Of a DNA stretch of 64,000 nucleotides, positions 49,127-57,136 are shown in pieces. The position numbers and the translations under genes are program-made. The DNA comes from Deltaproteobacteria bacterium (GTDB taxonomy: Bacteria; Desulfobacterota; Syntrophia; Syntrophales; JACQWR01). The DNA lies in assembly GCA_026388415.1 (NCBI GenBank), contig JAPLJV010000061.1:2260-66259 (forward strand), read 5' to 3'. The notes below the pieces were generated by a model. That model saw nothing but the letters and a program-made list of their open reading frames with translations. It did not search any database and had not been told where the DNA came from. Every line of letters begins with the position of its first letter. The stretch's first letter is position 1.

Positions 49127-50482
49127 ATGAGCAGCAAGCTGCCCGGGGAGAATGACAAAGTCACGGAAGCGATCCTGGACTGTATTAATGACGGCGTCTT
49201 CACAGTGGACCATGACTGGATCGTTACATCCTTTAATCAGGCAGCCGAAAACATCACCGGGATCGGCAGCGGGGAAGCAATTGGCAGGCCGTGTTGTGAG
49301 GTCTTTCGCGCCAACATTTGCGAAAGCGACTGCGCCCTGCGCAGAACTCTTGAAACAGGTAAGTCCGTAGTCAATCAACATGTATATATAATGACGGCTG
49401 CGGGGAAACGGATTCCCATCAGCATAAGCACTGCGCCCCTCCGGGATGAAAAGGGGGGTCTCATGGGCGGCGTGGAAACATTTCGTGATCTCACGCTTGT
49501 CGAGGAATTGCGGAAACAACTACGCAATAACTATGTGTTTGCGGACATGCTGAGCAGAAACCACCGGATGCAGCAAATATTCTCAATCCTGCCGCAGATT
49601 GCCGAGAGTGAAAGCACCGTCCTGTTGGGCGGCGAGAGCGGTACGGGGAAGGAACTCGTCGCCAGGGCCATCCACAGCCTGAGCCGCCGCAAGGACGGGC
49701 CTTTTGTTGCTGTCAACTGTGGGGCCCTGCCGGACACCCTGCTGGAATCAGAGCTGTTCGGTTACCTGGCCGGCGCTTTTACGGATGCCAAAAAAGACAA
49801 GCCCGGCCGGTTTGCAATAGCCGCAGGCGGCACGATATTCCTGGACGAGATCGGCGACATTTCTGCGGCCCTTCAGGTGCGTCTTTTGCGCGTACTCCAG
49901 GAAAAAGAGTTCGACCCGCTGGGCAGCGTCCGCCCTGTCGAGGCCAACGTGCGGGTCATTACCGCCAGTAATAAAAATATTGGAGAGCTGGTCAAAGAAG
50001 GAAAGTTCCGTGACGACCTTTACTATCGGCTTAACGTTGTGCAGATCATTTTGCCGCCTTTACGGGACCGCATAGAGGACGTGCCGATTCTGGCGGAACT
50101 CTTCATAGACCGCTTAAACCACATCCAGGGCCGGGATGTCTCCGGGATTTCGGAGGAAGCGCTCAGCGATCTTGTGCACCACAGTTGGCCGGGAAATGTC
50201 CGTGAGCTGCAAAATGTTATTGAGCACGCCTTCATCCTGTGCCGGTCCGGTCTTATCCGTAGCGAGCATCTTCCGGACGGAATTGCGGCGCCCGGAGCAA
50301 AGAAGAAATCACCTGCTGCTGGAACGATGGCGGAGTTGGAAGCGAAGTTCCTCGAGGAAGCACTGGTGCGGAACAGCTATAAAAGACTGGCGACTGCCCG
50401 GGAGCTGAATATCAATAAAACAACCCTGTGGCGAAAGATCAAGAGGCTGGGGATTAAGTGCCCGGCGGAAGATCCCGAGTGA
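49127..50482 (+). CDS. sigma-54-dependent transcriptional activator (PAS - AAA+ - Fis-type HTH)
   Basis: 451 aa. PAS domain (ILDCINDGVFTVD..), Walker A GESGTGKE, sigma-54 contact loop GAFTDA (GAFTGA variant), ESELFGY, RVLQE, and C-terminal HTH ATARELNINKTTLWRKIKRLGI. Confidence 0.9.
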   Translation: MSSKLPGENDKVTEAILDCINDGVFTVDHDWIVTSFNQAAENITGIGSGEAIGRPCCEVFRANICESDCALRRTLETGKSVVNQHVYIMTAAGKRIPISISTAPLRDEKGGLMGGVETFRDLTLVEELRKQLRNNYVFADMLSRNHRMQQIFSILPQIAESESTVLLGGESGTGKELVARAIHSLSRRKDGPFVAVNCGALPDTLLESELFGYLAGAFTDAKKDKPGRFAIAAGGTIFLDEIGDISAALQVRLLRVLQEKEFDPLGSVRPVEANVRVITASNKNIGELVKEGKFRDDLYYRLNVVQIILPPLRDRIEDVPILAELFIDRLNHIQGRDVSGISEEALSDLVHHSWPGNVRELQNVIEHAFILCRSGLIRSEHLPDGIAAPGAKKKSPAAGTMAELEAKFLEEALVRNSYKRLATARELNINKTTLWRKIKRLGIKCPAEDPE

Positions 50483-50515
50483 CAGCATCTAATTTCATTA
50501 GCAATCCTGTACGGG

Positions 50516-50557
50516 TGCATTTTGCAGCCTCGATGTTATTGCGCGTTGCATAATGCA
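50516..50557 (+). promoter_or_regulatory. putative enhancer (UAS): two TGCA-N3-TGCA palindromes 31 bp apart
   Basis: TGCATTTTGCA (50516-50526) and TGCATAATGCA (50547-50557) lie 100-140 bp upstream of the -24/-12 element. Confidence 0.4.
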
Positions 50558-50656
50558 CCTTTCTTCCACCGTCACCGCAATGGCTTTTTCCCTACCCTTC
50601 AAATAAAGCAATTGTTATTAGTGAGTTGTATCTAATACTGGCAGTCTATAGCTTTT

Positions 50657-50672
50657 TGGCATGTCCGATGCT
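50657..50672 (+). promoter_or_regulatory. sigma-54 (-24/-12) promoter TGGCATGTCCGATGCT
   Basis: GG at 50658-59 and GC at 50670-71 have the canonical 12-nt offset (consensus TGGCACG-N4-TTGCW). It lies about 80 nt upstream of the first operon gene and just downstream of a sigma-54 activator gene. Confidence 0.6.
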
Positions 50673-50751
50673 TTGCCCAATAATAGCCGCTTATACTTTT
50701 TGTAAACCGGATAGTAAACAGTTCGCGTGCCAAGCAGCAGGAAGGTGTGTA

Positions 50752-51162
50752 ATGAAGGTCATCATTCCGGTATTTAAAAATCGAGTTGCCCCTGTCTTTG
50801 ACTGGTGCAGCAATCTTCTTGTGGTTGAGATTCAGTCGGGACAGGAGGCGGAACGCAGTAAAGTTGCCTCTGCCGACACAGATCCGGTACGGCAGGCCGA
50901 CCAGGTGGTTGAGCTGGGAGCCGACCTGGTCGTCTGCGGCGGGATCGGCGAAATACTGCTGGGTCTGATTGAGGTCAGTAATACCCGCGTTATTACCGGG
51001 GTGTCCGGTGATATTGATGATGTGCTGGCGGTCCTGATTGCAGGAGAACTGCCTCACCCACGTTTTATGATGCCTGGCCGTGGCGCGCATCTCGGGCAGC
51101 ACAGAGTGCGTGGCGGCTTCGGAAGCAATGTTCACAAATACGGACGCGAACAAAGAAAATAG
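50752..51162 (+). CDS. NifX/NifB-C-terminal-like (dinitrogenase FeMo-cofactor-binding fold) protein, divergent subtype
   Basis: MKVIIPVFKNRVAPVFDWCSNLLVVEI...ELGADLVVCGGIG...FMMPG is the subtype I recognise as NifX-like with a C-terminal MPG(C) tail. ATG at 50752 is preferred to the 178-aa ORF start. Confidence 0.6.
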   Translation: MKVIIPVFKNRVAPVFDWCSNLLVVEIQSGQEAERSKVASADTDPVRQADQVVELGADLVVCGGIGEILLGLIEVSNTRVITGVSGDIDDVLAVLIAGELPHPRFMMPGRGAHLGQHRVRGGFGSNVHKYGREQRK

Positions 51163-51216
51163 GGGAGTGAAGAAGAAGATGGGAACATTTATAGAAACAG
51201 AAATGAGGTGATTATT

Positions 51217-51555
51217 ATGCCAGCAGGAGATGGAACAGGACCGGCAGGGATGGGACCGAGGAGCGGAGGCGGTTTTGGCGCCTGCCCGCCCGGCACAGGA
51301 ACAACGGCTGGAGCTCCGCTGCGGGGAATTGGCCGCGGCGGCTTACCATGGGGCGGCGGTCGCGGACGATTGGGCGGTGGTGGAGGAACGGGATTTCTAG
51401 GTTTTTGCAGAGGTTTTTTCGGAGCCCAACGTATGACACCGCAGGACGAGGGGATTATCCTCGGTAACCGGGTCTCCGCCTTGGAGGGAGAACTGGCGGC
51501 AACGCGCGAGCAGCTCTCGTCGCTCAGGAAAGACGCCAGGGGAAAAGCGGAGTAA
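51217..51555 (+). CDS. DUF5320 family protein (Gly/Arg-rich N-terminus, C-terminal coiled coil)
   Basis: MPAGDGTGPAGMGPRSGGGFGACPPG matches the DUF5320 N-terminal MP..DGTGP.G.GP.TGRG motif. It has a Gly-rich centre and a helical tail LEGELAATREQLSSLRK. A GAGGTG RBS precedes it. Confidence 0.65.
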   Translation: MPAGDGTGPAGMGPRSGGGFGACPPGTGTTAGAPLRGIGRGGLPWGGGRGRLGGGGGTGFLGFCRGFFGAQRMTPQDEGIILGNRVSALEGELAATREQLSSLRKDARGKAE

Positions 51556-51566
51556 CCATATCCCAT

Positions 51567-51605
51567 AAGACCTTTCGGGAATAAAACTGCCTCCCGGAAG
51601 GTCTT
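51567..51605 (+). terminator. 14-bp stem hairpin within the operon (partial terminator / RNA stability element)
   Basis: AAGACCTTTCGGGA-ataaaactgcc-TCCCGGAAGGTCTT followed by TATTAT, located 12 nt after the DUF5320 stop. Confidence 0.5.
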
Positions 51606-51653
51606 TATTATCCCCAGTGGACAAGGGGCAACGCTTTTTTAAGGAGAGGACAA

Positions 51654-52016
51654 ATGAAAATTGCAATCAGCGCGGCGGGAAAAGATTTAGATTCTCAGGT
51701 GGATCCACGCTTCGGACGCGCGGCGGGCTTCGTCATATACAACACGGAAAATAAGACGAGTGAATATATTACCAACGCTCAGAATCTTAATGCCGTCCAG
51801 GGAGCGGGAATACAGTCGGCCCGGATTATTTCCGGGACGGGAGCGAAGGTTCTCATAACGGGACACTGCGGTCCGAAGGCCTTTACTGCGCTTAAAGCGG
51901 CCGGGATAAAAATCTTTCCCGGTGCGGACGGCACCGTGCGGGAAGCCATTATGAAATTGGCGACCGACAATTTGGCGGAAGCCGCGGGCGCGGATGTAGC
52001 AGGACACTGGGCATAG
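51654..52016 (+). CDS. NifX/NafY-like dinitrogenase FeMo-cofactor-binding-domain protein
   Basis: 120 aa with MKIAISAAGKDLDSQVDPRFGRAAGFVIY..., LITGHCGPKA and AGIKIF, the typical small Nitro_FeMo-Co domain pattern. Confidence 0.8.
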   Translation: MKIAISAAGKDLDSQVDPRFGRAAGFVIYNTENKTSEYITNAQNLNAVQGAGIQSARIISGTGAKVLITGHCGPKAFTALKAAGIKIFPGADGTVREAIMKLATDNLAEAAGADVAGHWA

Positions 52017-52022
52017 TACGTC

Positions 52023-52907
52023 ATGACTGAGGAAACGATCATAGCCATCGCCAGCGGCAAGGGCGGAACGGGTAAAACGACGGTCGCCGTCAATATGGCG
52101 GCCGCGCTCAGTCGCGCATCAATCAGCGTCAGATTAATGGACTGCGATGTTGAGGAACCTAACGCCCATATTTTTCTCCAGCCCATCATGACGTCAAGGG
52201 AAAGCGCCTTTGTTCCCGTGCCTGTCGTGGACGAAGAAAAGTGCGACGGCTGCGGCAGATGCGGCGAGGCCTGCCGTTTCAGCGCCATCGTTGCCCTGGG
52301 AGCTAAGGCGATTACTTTTCCCGCATTGTGCCATAGCTGCGGCGGATGCATTATGGCCTGTCCGAAAAAAGCGATCACCGAAAGCAGTCGCGAGATCGGC
52401 CTCATTGAAAAAGGAATGTCCCAGGGAATTGAGTTCATACATGGATATTTGAAAATCGGTGAGGCCATGTCACCGCCGCTGATCCGGGCCGTGAAGAAAC
52501 AGGCCACCTGTGACGGAGTGACAATTATCGACGCGCCGCCCGGCACTTCCTGTCCGGTGATTCAGGCCATCCGCGGAAGCGATTATGTCATTCTTGTTAC
52601 CGAGCCGACTCCCTTTGGTTTGCACGATCTTAATCTTGCCGTCGAGACCGTCCGGCAACTCGGGATACCTTGCGGGGTTGTCGTCAACCGCGTCGGTATC
52701 GGAGATGCAAGGACGCACGATTACTGCAACCTGCGCGATATTCGCATTATCGGCGAGATACCGGACGACCGGCGCGCGGCAGAAGCTTATTCGCGGGGAG
52801 AATTGCTTATCGACGCTCTGCCGCATTTGAAAGAGAAATTTTGGGGAATATTCAGCCGTGCTGCGGATGGTGCGCGTAAAAAGAAAAGGGAGGACGAGCC
52901 GCGATGA
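52023..52907 (+). CDS. MinD/ParA-type P-loop ATPase with inserted 2x[4Fe-4S] ferredoxin module
   Basis: Deviant Walker A ASGKGGTGKTTVA, ferredoxin motifs CDGCGRCGEACRFSAI and CHSCGGCIMACP, and Walker B region IIDAPPGTSCP. Confidence 0.8.
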   Translation: MTEETIIAIASGKGGTGKTTVAVNMAAALSRASISVRLMDCDVEEPNAHIFLQPIMTSRESAFVPVPVVDEEKCDGCGRCGEACRFSAIVALGAKAITFPALCHSCGGCIMACPKKAITESSREIGLIEKGMSQGIEFIHGYLKIGEAMSPPLIRAVKKQATCDGVTIIDAPPGTSCPVIQAIRGSDYVILVTEPTPFGLHDLNLAVETVRQLGIPCGVVVNRVGIGDARTHDYCNLRDIRIIGEIPDDRRAAEAYSRGELLIDALPHLKEKFWGIFSRAADGARKKKREDEPR

Positions 52908-53779
52908 AGGAACTCGTTGTCATCAGCGGCAAAGGCGGCACCGGCAAGACGAGCATCGTCGCTGCCTTTGCTGCCTTGGCTGAAAGCAAAGTGCTCGCCG
53001 ATTGCGATGTGGACGCAGCCGACCTGCACCTTGTGCTCGATCCGAAAATCAGACAACGTGAAACGTTCACCGGCGGCAGCGTCGCACGGATAAACATTGA
53101 GCAATGTGAACGGTGCGATGTTTGCCGCGAGCTGTGCCGCTTTGATGCGATCGATCGGAACTTCAAAGTTGACGAAATTGCCTGTGAGGGCTGTGGTGTG
53201 TGTCATGATGCCTGCCCCTGCGGCGCCGTGGAACTGATGACAAAAACCGCCGGTGAGTGGTACATTTCCGACACCCGGCAGGGTGTGATGGTTCACGCGA
53301 AGCTTGGCATTGCGGAAGAAAATTCGGGTAAACTCGTTTCTCTTGTCCGCAGTCAGGCGAGAAGAATCGCCGAGGAAAACGATCTGGAACTGGTTATCAT
53401 TGATGGTTCACCGGGGATCGGTTGCCCCGTGATCGCATCCATGACGGGCGTTGATCTCGTCCTTGCCGTCACGGAACCCACGCTTTCGGGCATCCATGAT
53501 CTGGAACGCGTTGCCGGGCTCGGCAAGCATTTTGGAAGCAGAATGGTCGTTTGCGTAAACAAGTGGGATATAAATCCCGAGATGACCGAGCGGATTGTAA
53601 ACTGGTGCAGCAGTGAAGGGATTGCTGTGGTCGGTAAAGTGTCATTCGATTCTATCGTAACGAAGGCACAGATAGCCGGGGTGAGCGTTATTGAATATTC
53701 CTCAGGTAATGCGGCGATGGAAATCAAAAGGATGTGGCGTTGCATAGCGGGGGAAATGGAGCTGAGAAATATCGCATGA
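52904..53779 (+). CDS. MinD/ParA-type P-loop ATPase with inserted 2x[4Fe-4S] ferredoxin module (paralog)
   Basis: ISGKGGTGKTSIV, CERCDVCRELCRFDAI and CEGCGVCHDACP, and IIDGSPGIGCP. ATGA overlaps link it to the genes on both sides. Confidence 0.8.
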   Translation: MKELVVISGKGGTGKTSIVAAFAALAESKVLADCDVDAADLHLVLDPKIRQRETFTGGSVARINIEQCERCDVCRELCRFDAIDRNFKVDEIACEGCGVCHDACPCGAVELMTKTAGEWYISDTRQGVMVHAKLGIAEENSGKLVSLVRSQARRIAEENDLELVIIDGSPGIGCPVIASMTGVDLVLAVTEPTLSGIHDLERVAGLGKHFGSRMVVCVNKWDINPEMTERIVNWCSSEGIAVVGKVSFDSIVTKAQIAGVSVIEYSSGNAAMEIKRMWRCIAGEMELRNIA

Positions 53780-54276
53780 GTGAAAAAGTACGGGAAACCC
53801 CGTCCCTGAACGGGAAAATCTACGCGGTTTGCGCGGGGAAAAAGCGAAGCGTTCCCAAAGTGCGCGTTAAGGCCGGATTCATCCGGGCGGGACATGGTCT
53901 CGAGGGCGACGCGCATGCGGGGCCGAGCCGAAGACAGATCAGTCTCCTGGCGCTGGAAAGAATTAGAGCCGTAAACAGGGAAATGAAACTCGCTGCCAAC
54001 CCCGGTGATTTTGCCGAGAATATTACGACTCTGGGCATAGACTGGTCGGTGGCAGCGGTCGGCTCGCTGATAACAATCGGAGGTGCCAAGCTCAGGATTG
54101 TGGAAAGAGGGAAGCCGGAACACGGTCCGGGCGATTATTCATTTCTCGGCGTTGCCCTCCTGGCGAAGGAGGGTATTTTCGCGGAAGTGTTCGAAAGCGG
54201 ATACATTGTGGAAGGCGATACAATCGGCGTTCGTTTACCGGACGAAGAATTAGGAGGTCAATATGCCCATCTATGA
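53776..54276 (+). CDS. MOSC domain protein, small stand-alone type, lacking the usual Cys residues
   Basis: 166 aa with GHGLEGDAHAG...RQISLLA.E........PGDFAENITT.GID and EGIFAEV..G..V.GD.I, the pattern of small MOSC proteins. The ATG overlaps the upstream stop. Confidence 0.7.
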   Translation: MSEKVRETPSLNGKIYAVCAGKKRSVPKVRVKAGFIRAGHGLEGDAHAGPSRRQISLLALERIRAVNREMKLAANPGDFAENITTLGIDWSVAAVGSLITIGGAKLRIVERGKPEHGPGDYSFLGVALLAKEGIFAEVFESGYIVEGDTIGVRLPDEELGGQYAHL

Positions 54277-54511
54277 GTACGAATGCACGAAATGCGGAAA
54301 GAGATACGAGCATCTGCACGCGAGTGAGGCGACACGGGATGACGCGCCCGACTGCCCTGAGTGCGGCGGAGCGGAGGCAAAGCGGGTGTTTTCCGTTTTC
54401 TCCGTAAACCACTCGCCTTCTTTTGGAGGAGGAAGAACATGCTGTGGATCGGACGACCCGCAGAACGTCGGATGCGGCACCCCCGGCGCCTGTTGCTCAG
54501 GCGGCAAATGA
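54263..54511 (+). CDS. FmdB-family zinc-ribbon protein
   Basis: MPIYEYECTKCGKRYE....DCPECGG is the CxxC-CxxC zinc-ribbon signature, with a Cys/Gly-rich tail. An AGGAGG RBS precedes it. Confidence 0.8.
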   Translation: MPIYEYECTKCGKRYEHLHASEATRDDAPDCPECGGAEAKRVFSVFSVNHSPSFGGGRTCCGSDDPQNVGCGTPGACCSGGK

Positions 54512-54583
54512 ATGCGACCGCGGGAGAATGATGAGCGGGATTAGGACGAAGAGATTAATAACAAAGGAAAGTGAGACATCGTG

Positions 54584-55504
54584 ATGACAAAACAAAATAG
54601 TGGAAATTGCAGTACTCAGGGTAGCCCCGCCAACCGGGCGCCAAGCCTTGCGACGATAGACGAATTACCGGAGGAAGGGCAACTTCAGGAGAGGATGGCA
54701 CTTATCAGACATAAAATAATCGTCATGAGCGGCAAGGGCGGTGTAGGGAAAAGTACGGTCGCGGTTAATCTCGCGGTAGCTCTAACCATGGGCGGCAAGC
54801 GCGTCGGACTGCTGGATGCGGACATACACGGTCCCAGCGTTCCCAAACTTCTCGGTCTGGAGCGGGCGAAAATCCGTACTTCCGTCGACGCGATGCTTCC
54901 GCTTGAATATTCTATTGATGGACGGACCATCTCCGTCATGTCCATTGGTTTTCTCCTGCCGGATACTGATGCTCCTATCATCTGGCGCGGTCCCTTGAAG
55001 ATGGGGGCTATCAAGCAGTTTCTGGAAGATGTATCCTGGGGCGAGTTGGATTATCTGATCATTGACTCTCCACCCGGCACCGGGGACGAGCCGCTTTCCG
55101 TCTGCCAGTTGATCAATGGGCTGGACGGCGCGATCATCGTTACCACGCCGCAGGAGCTGGCGCTTGTGGACGTAAGGAAATCCGTCAACTTCTGCCGTCA
55201 GCTCCGACTGCCGGTGCTCGGGGTAATTGAAAATATGAGCGGGCTTGACTGCCCGCATTGCGGCGGACGGATCAATGTGTTTTCATCCGGAGGCGGCGAG
55301 AAAATGGCTAACGATATGGGTGTGCCGTTTCTCGGAAGGATTCCCATAGACCCCGAGATCGTGAAGAGCGGCGATGAGGAACGGCCCTACATGTATTTTT
55401 ATCCCCAGACAGGGACGGCGCAAAAATTTGATGAAATTGTGGAGCGGATCGCGGGGAACGAATCCCCTGTCGTTTCCCGGCCACAGGATAATAACGAAGG
55501 CTAA
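54584..55504 (+). CDS. Mrp/NBP35/ApbC-family Fe-S cluster carrier ATPase
   Basis: MSGKGGVGKSTVAVNLA (deviant Walker A), IIDSPPGTGDE, and ENMSGLDCPHCGG (CxxC cluster-bridging motif). Confidence 0.9.
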   Translation: MTKQNSGNCSTQGSPANRAPSLATIDELPEEGQLQERMALIRHKIIVMSGKGGVGKSTVAVNLAVALTMGGKRVGLLDADIHGPSVPKLLGLERAKIRTSVDAMLPLEYSIDGRTISVMSIGFLLPDTDAPIIWRGPLKMGAIKQFLEDVSWGELDYLIIDSPPGTGDEPLSVCQLINGLDGAIIVTTPQELALVDVRKSVNFCRQLRLPVLGVIENMSGLDCPHCGGRINVFSSGGGEKMANDMGVPFLGRIPIDPEIVKSGDEERPYMYFYPQTGTAQKFDEIVERIAGNESPVVSRPQDNNEG

Positions 55505-55533
55505 CAACTTACACGAGGAAAAGGAGAAAAGTC

Positions 55534-55908
55534 ATGAAGATAGGTTTTGCAGTTCAGGAAAATGAGGGAATGGAGAGCAGGGTTTATGGTCACTTCGGCT
55601 CAGCACCGGCGTTTATCATCTTCGATACCGTGGGAAAAGATGTTGTGACGGTAAATAACAAAGATTTAAACCATGTCCACGGCGCCTGTAATCCGGTTAT
55701 GGCCCTTGATGGTAAGAGCGTGGATGCAATAGTTGTGGGAGGGATAGGAGCGGGGGCGATTGTGAAATTAAACGCTATGGGAATAAAAGTGTACGGGGCT
55801 GCAGCTCTGACAGTAAAAGAAAATCTTGCCTTACTAACGGAAGGCGGACTTCAGGAACTTAACAGAGACAATTCCTGCCGGGGTCATGAGGGAGGATGCG
55901 GAAATTAA
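55534..55908 (+). CDS. NifX/NafY-like dinitrogenase FeMo-cofactor-binding-domain protein
   Basis: 124 aa with VYGHFGSAPAFIIFD, HVHGACNP, AIVVGGIGAGA, and a C-terminal Cys/His tail CRGHEGGCG. Confidence 0.8.
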   Translation: MKIGFAVQENEGMESRVYGHFGSAPAFIIFDTVGKDVVTVNNKDLNHVHGACNPVMALDGKSVDAIVVGGIGAGAIVKLNAMGIKVYGAAALTVKENLALLTEGGLQELNRDNSCRGHEGGCGN

Positions 55909-55929
55909 AAACCGCAGGGGGAACATTCA

Positions 55930-56211
55930 ATGAAAGTAAATCTCAAATTCAACGGCATGCCGATCCTTTACAAAACGCTGAACAAAAAAAAGGAGATTGA
56001 GATTGAATTTACAGGGAATACCCTGCGGGAACTGATAGCCAGGTTGACTGGAAAATACGGCGTTCCGATGCAGAAGGCCCTCCTGGATAACAATGGCGAT
56101 GTGGATGTGGAAATCAGGGTGGTCCTGAATTATACAAACTATCTGACCGAAGGTAGGATGGAAATGGCCTTGAATGATGGGGACACCTTGGCTTTTATGG
56201 GCGCATCCTGA
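55930..56211 (+). CDS. MoaD/ThiS-like beta-grasp (ubiquitin-fold) protein without C-terminal Gly-Gly
   Basis: 93 aa. Its length and pattern (..TL.ELI..L....................V..N........L.DGD.LAF) resemble MoaD/ThiS, but it ends ...AFMGAS. Confidence 0.45.
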   Translation: MKVNLKFNGMPILYKTLNKKKEIEIEFTGNTLRELIARLTGKYGVPMQKALLDNNGDVDVEIRVVLNYTNYLTEGRMEMALNDGDTLAFMGAS

Positions 56212-56307
56212 GGATAGCTTCTTAGGGCAGCCTGTATGGCTGCGATAACAACAATCCACGAAGAACTACTTTAGCGACGTTAAGGAAACCAAAGGGGAAA
56301 CTCGCAT

Positions 56308-57102
56308 ATGAGAGACCTGAAAATAGTGATCAAGGGCGCCGGGGAGATGGCCACGGGTATCGCGTGCCGGCTCTTTATGGCCAATCTGAAATTGCTGGTC
56401 ATGATGGAAATTCCGCAGCCGATTACTGTGCGCAGAACAGTAGCCTTTTCTGAAGCTGTGTATGAAAGTGAAAAAGAGGTCGAAGGTGTTAAGGCGGAAT
56501 ATGCGGGGAATATTGCTGCTATTTATGATGTCTGGGGCAGGAGCAATATTGCCGTTAGCGTTGATCCTCAATGGAGTTTTGTCAAGGAACTGAGGCCCGA
56601 TGTGGTTATCGATGCCATCATGGCGAAACGGAATATAGGCACACAAAGGGAGGAAGCCCCTTTGGTGATCGGCGTCGGACCAGGCTTTGCGGCCCCCGGA
56701 GATGTCCATGCCGTTGTGGAAAGCAACCGGGGGCACAATCTCGGTAAAGTAATATACAGCGGTTCGGCTGAGCCGCGTACTGGTATCCCCGGTTCCACGA
56801 TGGGCTACACCAAGGAACGGTTATTGCGTGCGCCCCACGGTGGCCTGGTAAAGCACAGCAAAGACATAGGGGAGGAAGTCAAGAAAGGCGACCTTATTCT
56901 CTATGTAGACAAAACCCCAGTGTATGCGTCTATTGACGGGATACTGCGAGGTCTTATCCGTGAGATCGAGGTGACAGCGCAGGAGAAGCTGGGAGATATT
57001 GATCCGAGAGGCGTTAAGGAATACTGCTACACCATTACGGACAAGGCGCGCGCTATTGGCGGTGGCGTTCTCGAAGCAATCATGCATTTATCTGAACCAT
57101 GA
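56308..57102 (+). CDS. YqeB/EF2563-like protein (family linked to selenium-dependent molybdenum hydroxylase maturation)
   Basis: 264 aa. The N-terminus KIVIKGAGEMATGIACRLFMANLKLLVMMEIPQPITVRRTVAFSEAVYE matches my recollection of the YqeB-family signature (Rossmann GxGxxA plus P.P..(I/V)RR.V.F.EA.Y). This needs HMM confirmation. Confidence 0.5.
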   Translation: MRDLKIVIKGAGEMATGIACRLFMANLKLLVMMEIPQPITVRRTVAFSEAVYESEKEVEGVKAEYAGNIAAIYDVWGRSNIAVSVDPQWSFVKELRPDVVIDAIMAKRNIGTQREEAPLVIGVGPGFAAPGDVHAVVESNRGHNLGKVIYSGSAEPRTGIPGSTMGYTKERLLRAPHGGLVKHSKDIGEEVKKGDLILYVDKTPVYASIDGILRGLIREIEVTAQEKLGDIDPRGVKEYCYTITDKARAIGGGVLEAIMHLSEP

Positions 57103-57136
57103 TGAAAGCTGCCACAAAAGGGAGGCAAGCATTTAC

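Noticed and set aside
50639-50653. A second sigma-54-like element, TGGCAGTCTATAGCT.
   Set aside because: The GC dinucleotide is one position off the canonical GG-to-GC spacing. The element at 50657-50672 fits better.
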